A stretch of DNA of 64,000 nt, from positions 47,368,001 through 47,432,000 of the forward strand of contig NC_043009.1 in assembly GCF_006345805.1 (NCBI RefSeq). The letters run 5' to 3'. This stretch comes from Octopus sinensis (lineage: Eukaryota). The first letter of the stretch is position 1, and each line of letters opens with the position of its first letter. The notes beneath the pieces were generated by a model. The model saw nothing but the letters and a program-made list of their open reading frames with translations. It searched no databases and was not told the DNA's origin. Both the position numbers and the translations under genes were made by a program. Below are positions 63,917 to 64,000 of this stretch, one piece after another.

Positions 63917-64000
63917 CTGTTGAAGATAAAGTTTCATTACGATTGATGTATTAGCAACATCTCTATAGTTCTATTTATTTACTTTCTTTCTCCTTCCTCC

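Overview
AT-rich, microsatellite- and SINE-dense animal genomic DNA. The repeat families look octopod-cephalopod; this is an inference from family resemblance, not a database hit. The backbone of the window is the 3' two-thirds of a PDE2A-like (cGMP-stimulated, GAF-domain) cyclic-nucleotide phosphodiesterase gene on the minus strand. I resolved 14 GT-AG exons with continuous reading phase between 63916 and 1615; the 5' exons and the terminal exon(s) lie outside the window. The introns hold a young 5'-truncated RTE-clade LINE with a tandemly amplified 3'UTR, many RTE tails, several tRNA-derived SINE families, mariner/maT/hAT/Helitron DNA-element relics, and CR1 and R4/Dong LINE relics. Top finding: two homologous 78-nt phase-0 exons (46219-46296 and 46036-46113) each encode the GAF-B-to-catalytic linker helix, a candidate mutually exclusive splicing switch, with a hairpin over one acceptor and a UGCAUG motif between them. 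Second finding: a near-perfect 400-bp palindrome in the upstream intron carries a complete hammerhead-ribozyme motif on each strand. Also noted are a variant minimal hammerhead, a candidate microexon, a pre-miRNA-like hairpin and several long intronic foldbacks. Exon coordinates were read base by base; most repeat boundaries are approximate. Protein comparisons to human PDE2A are from memory, not a run alignment.
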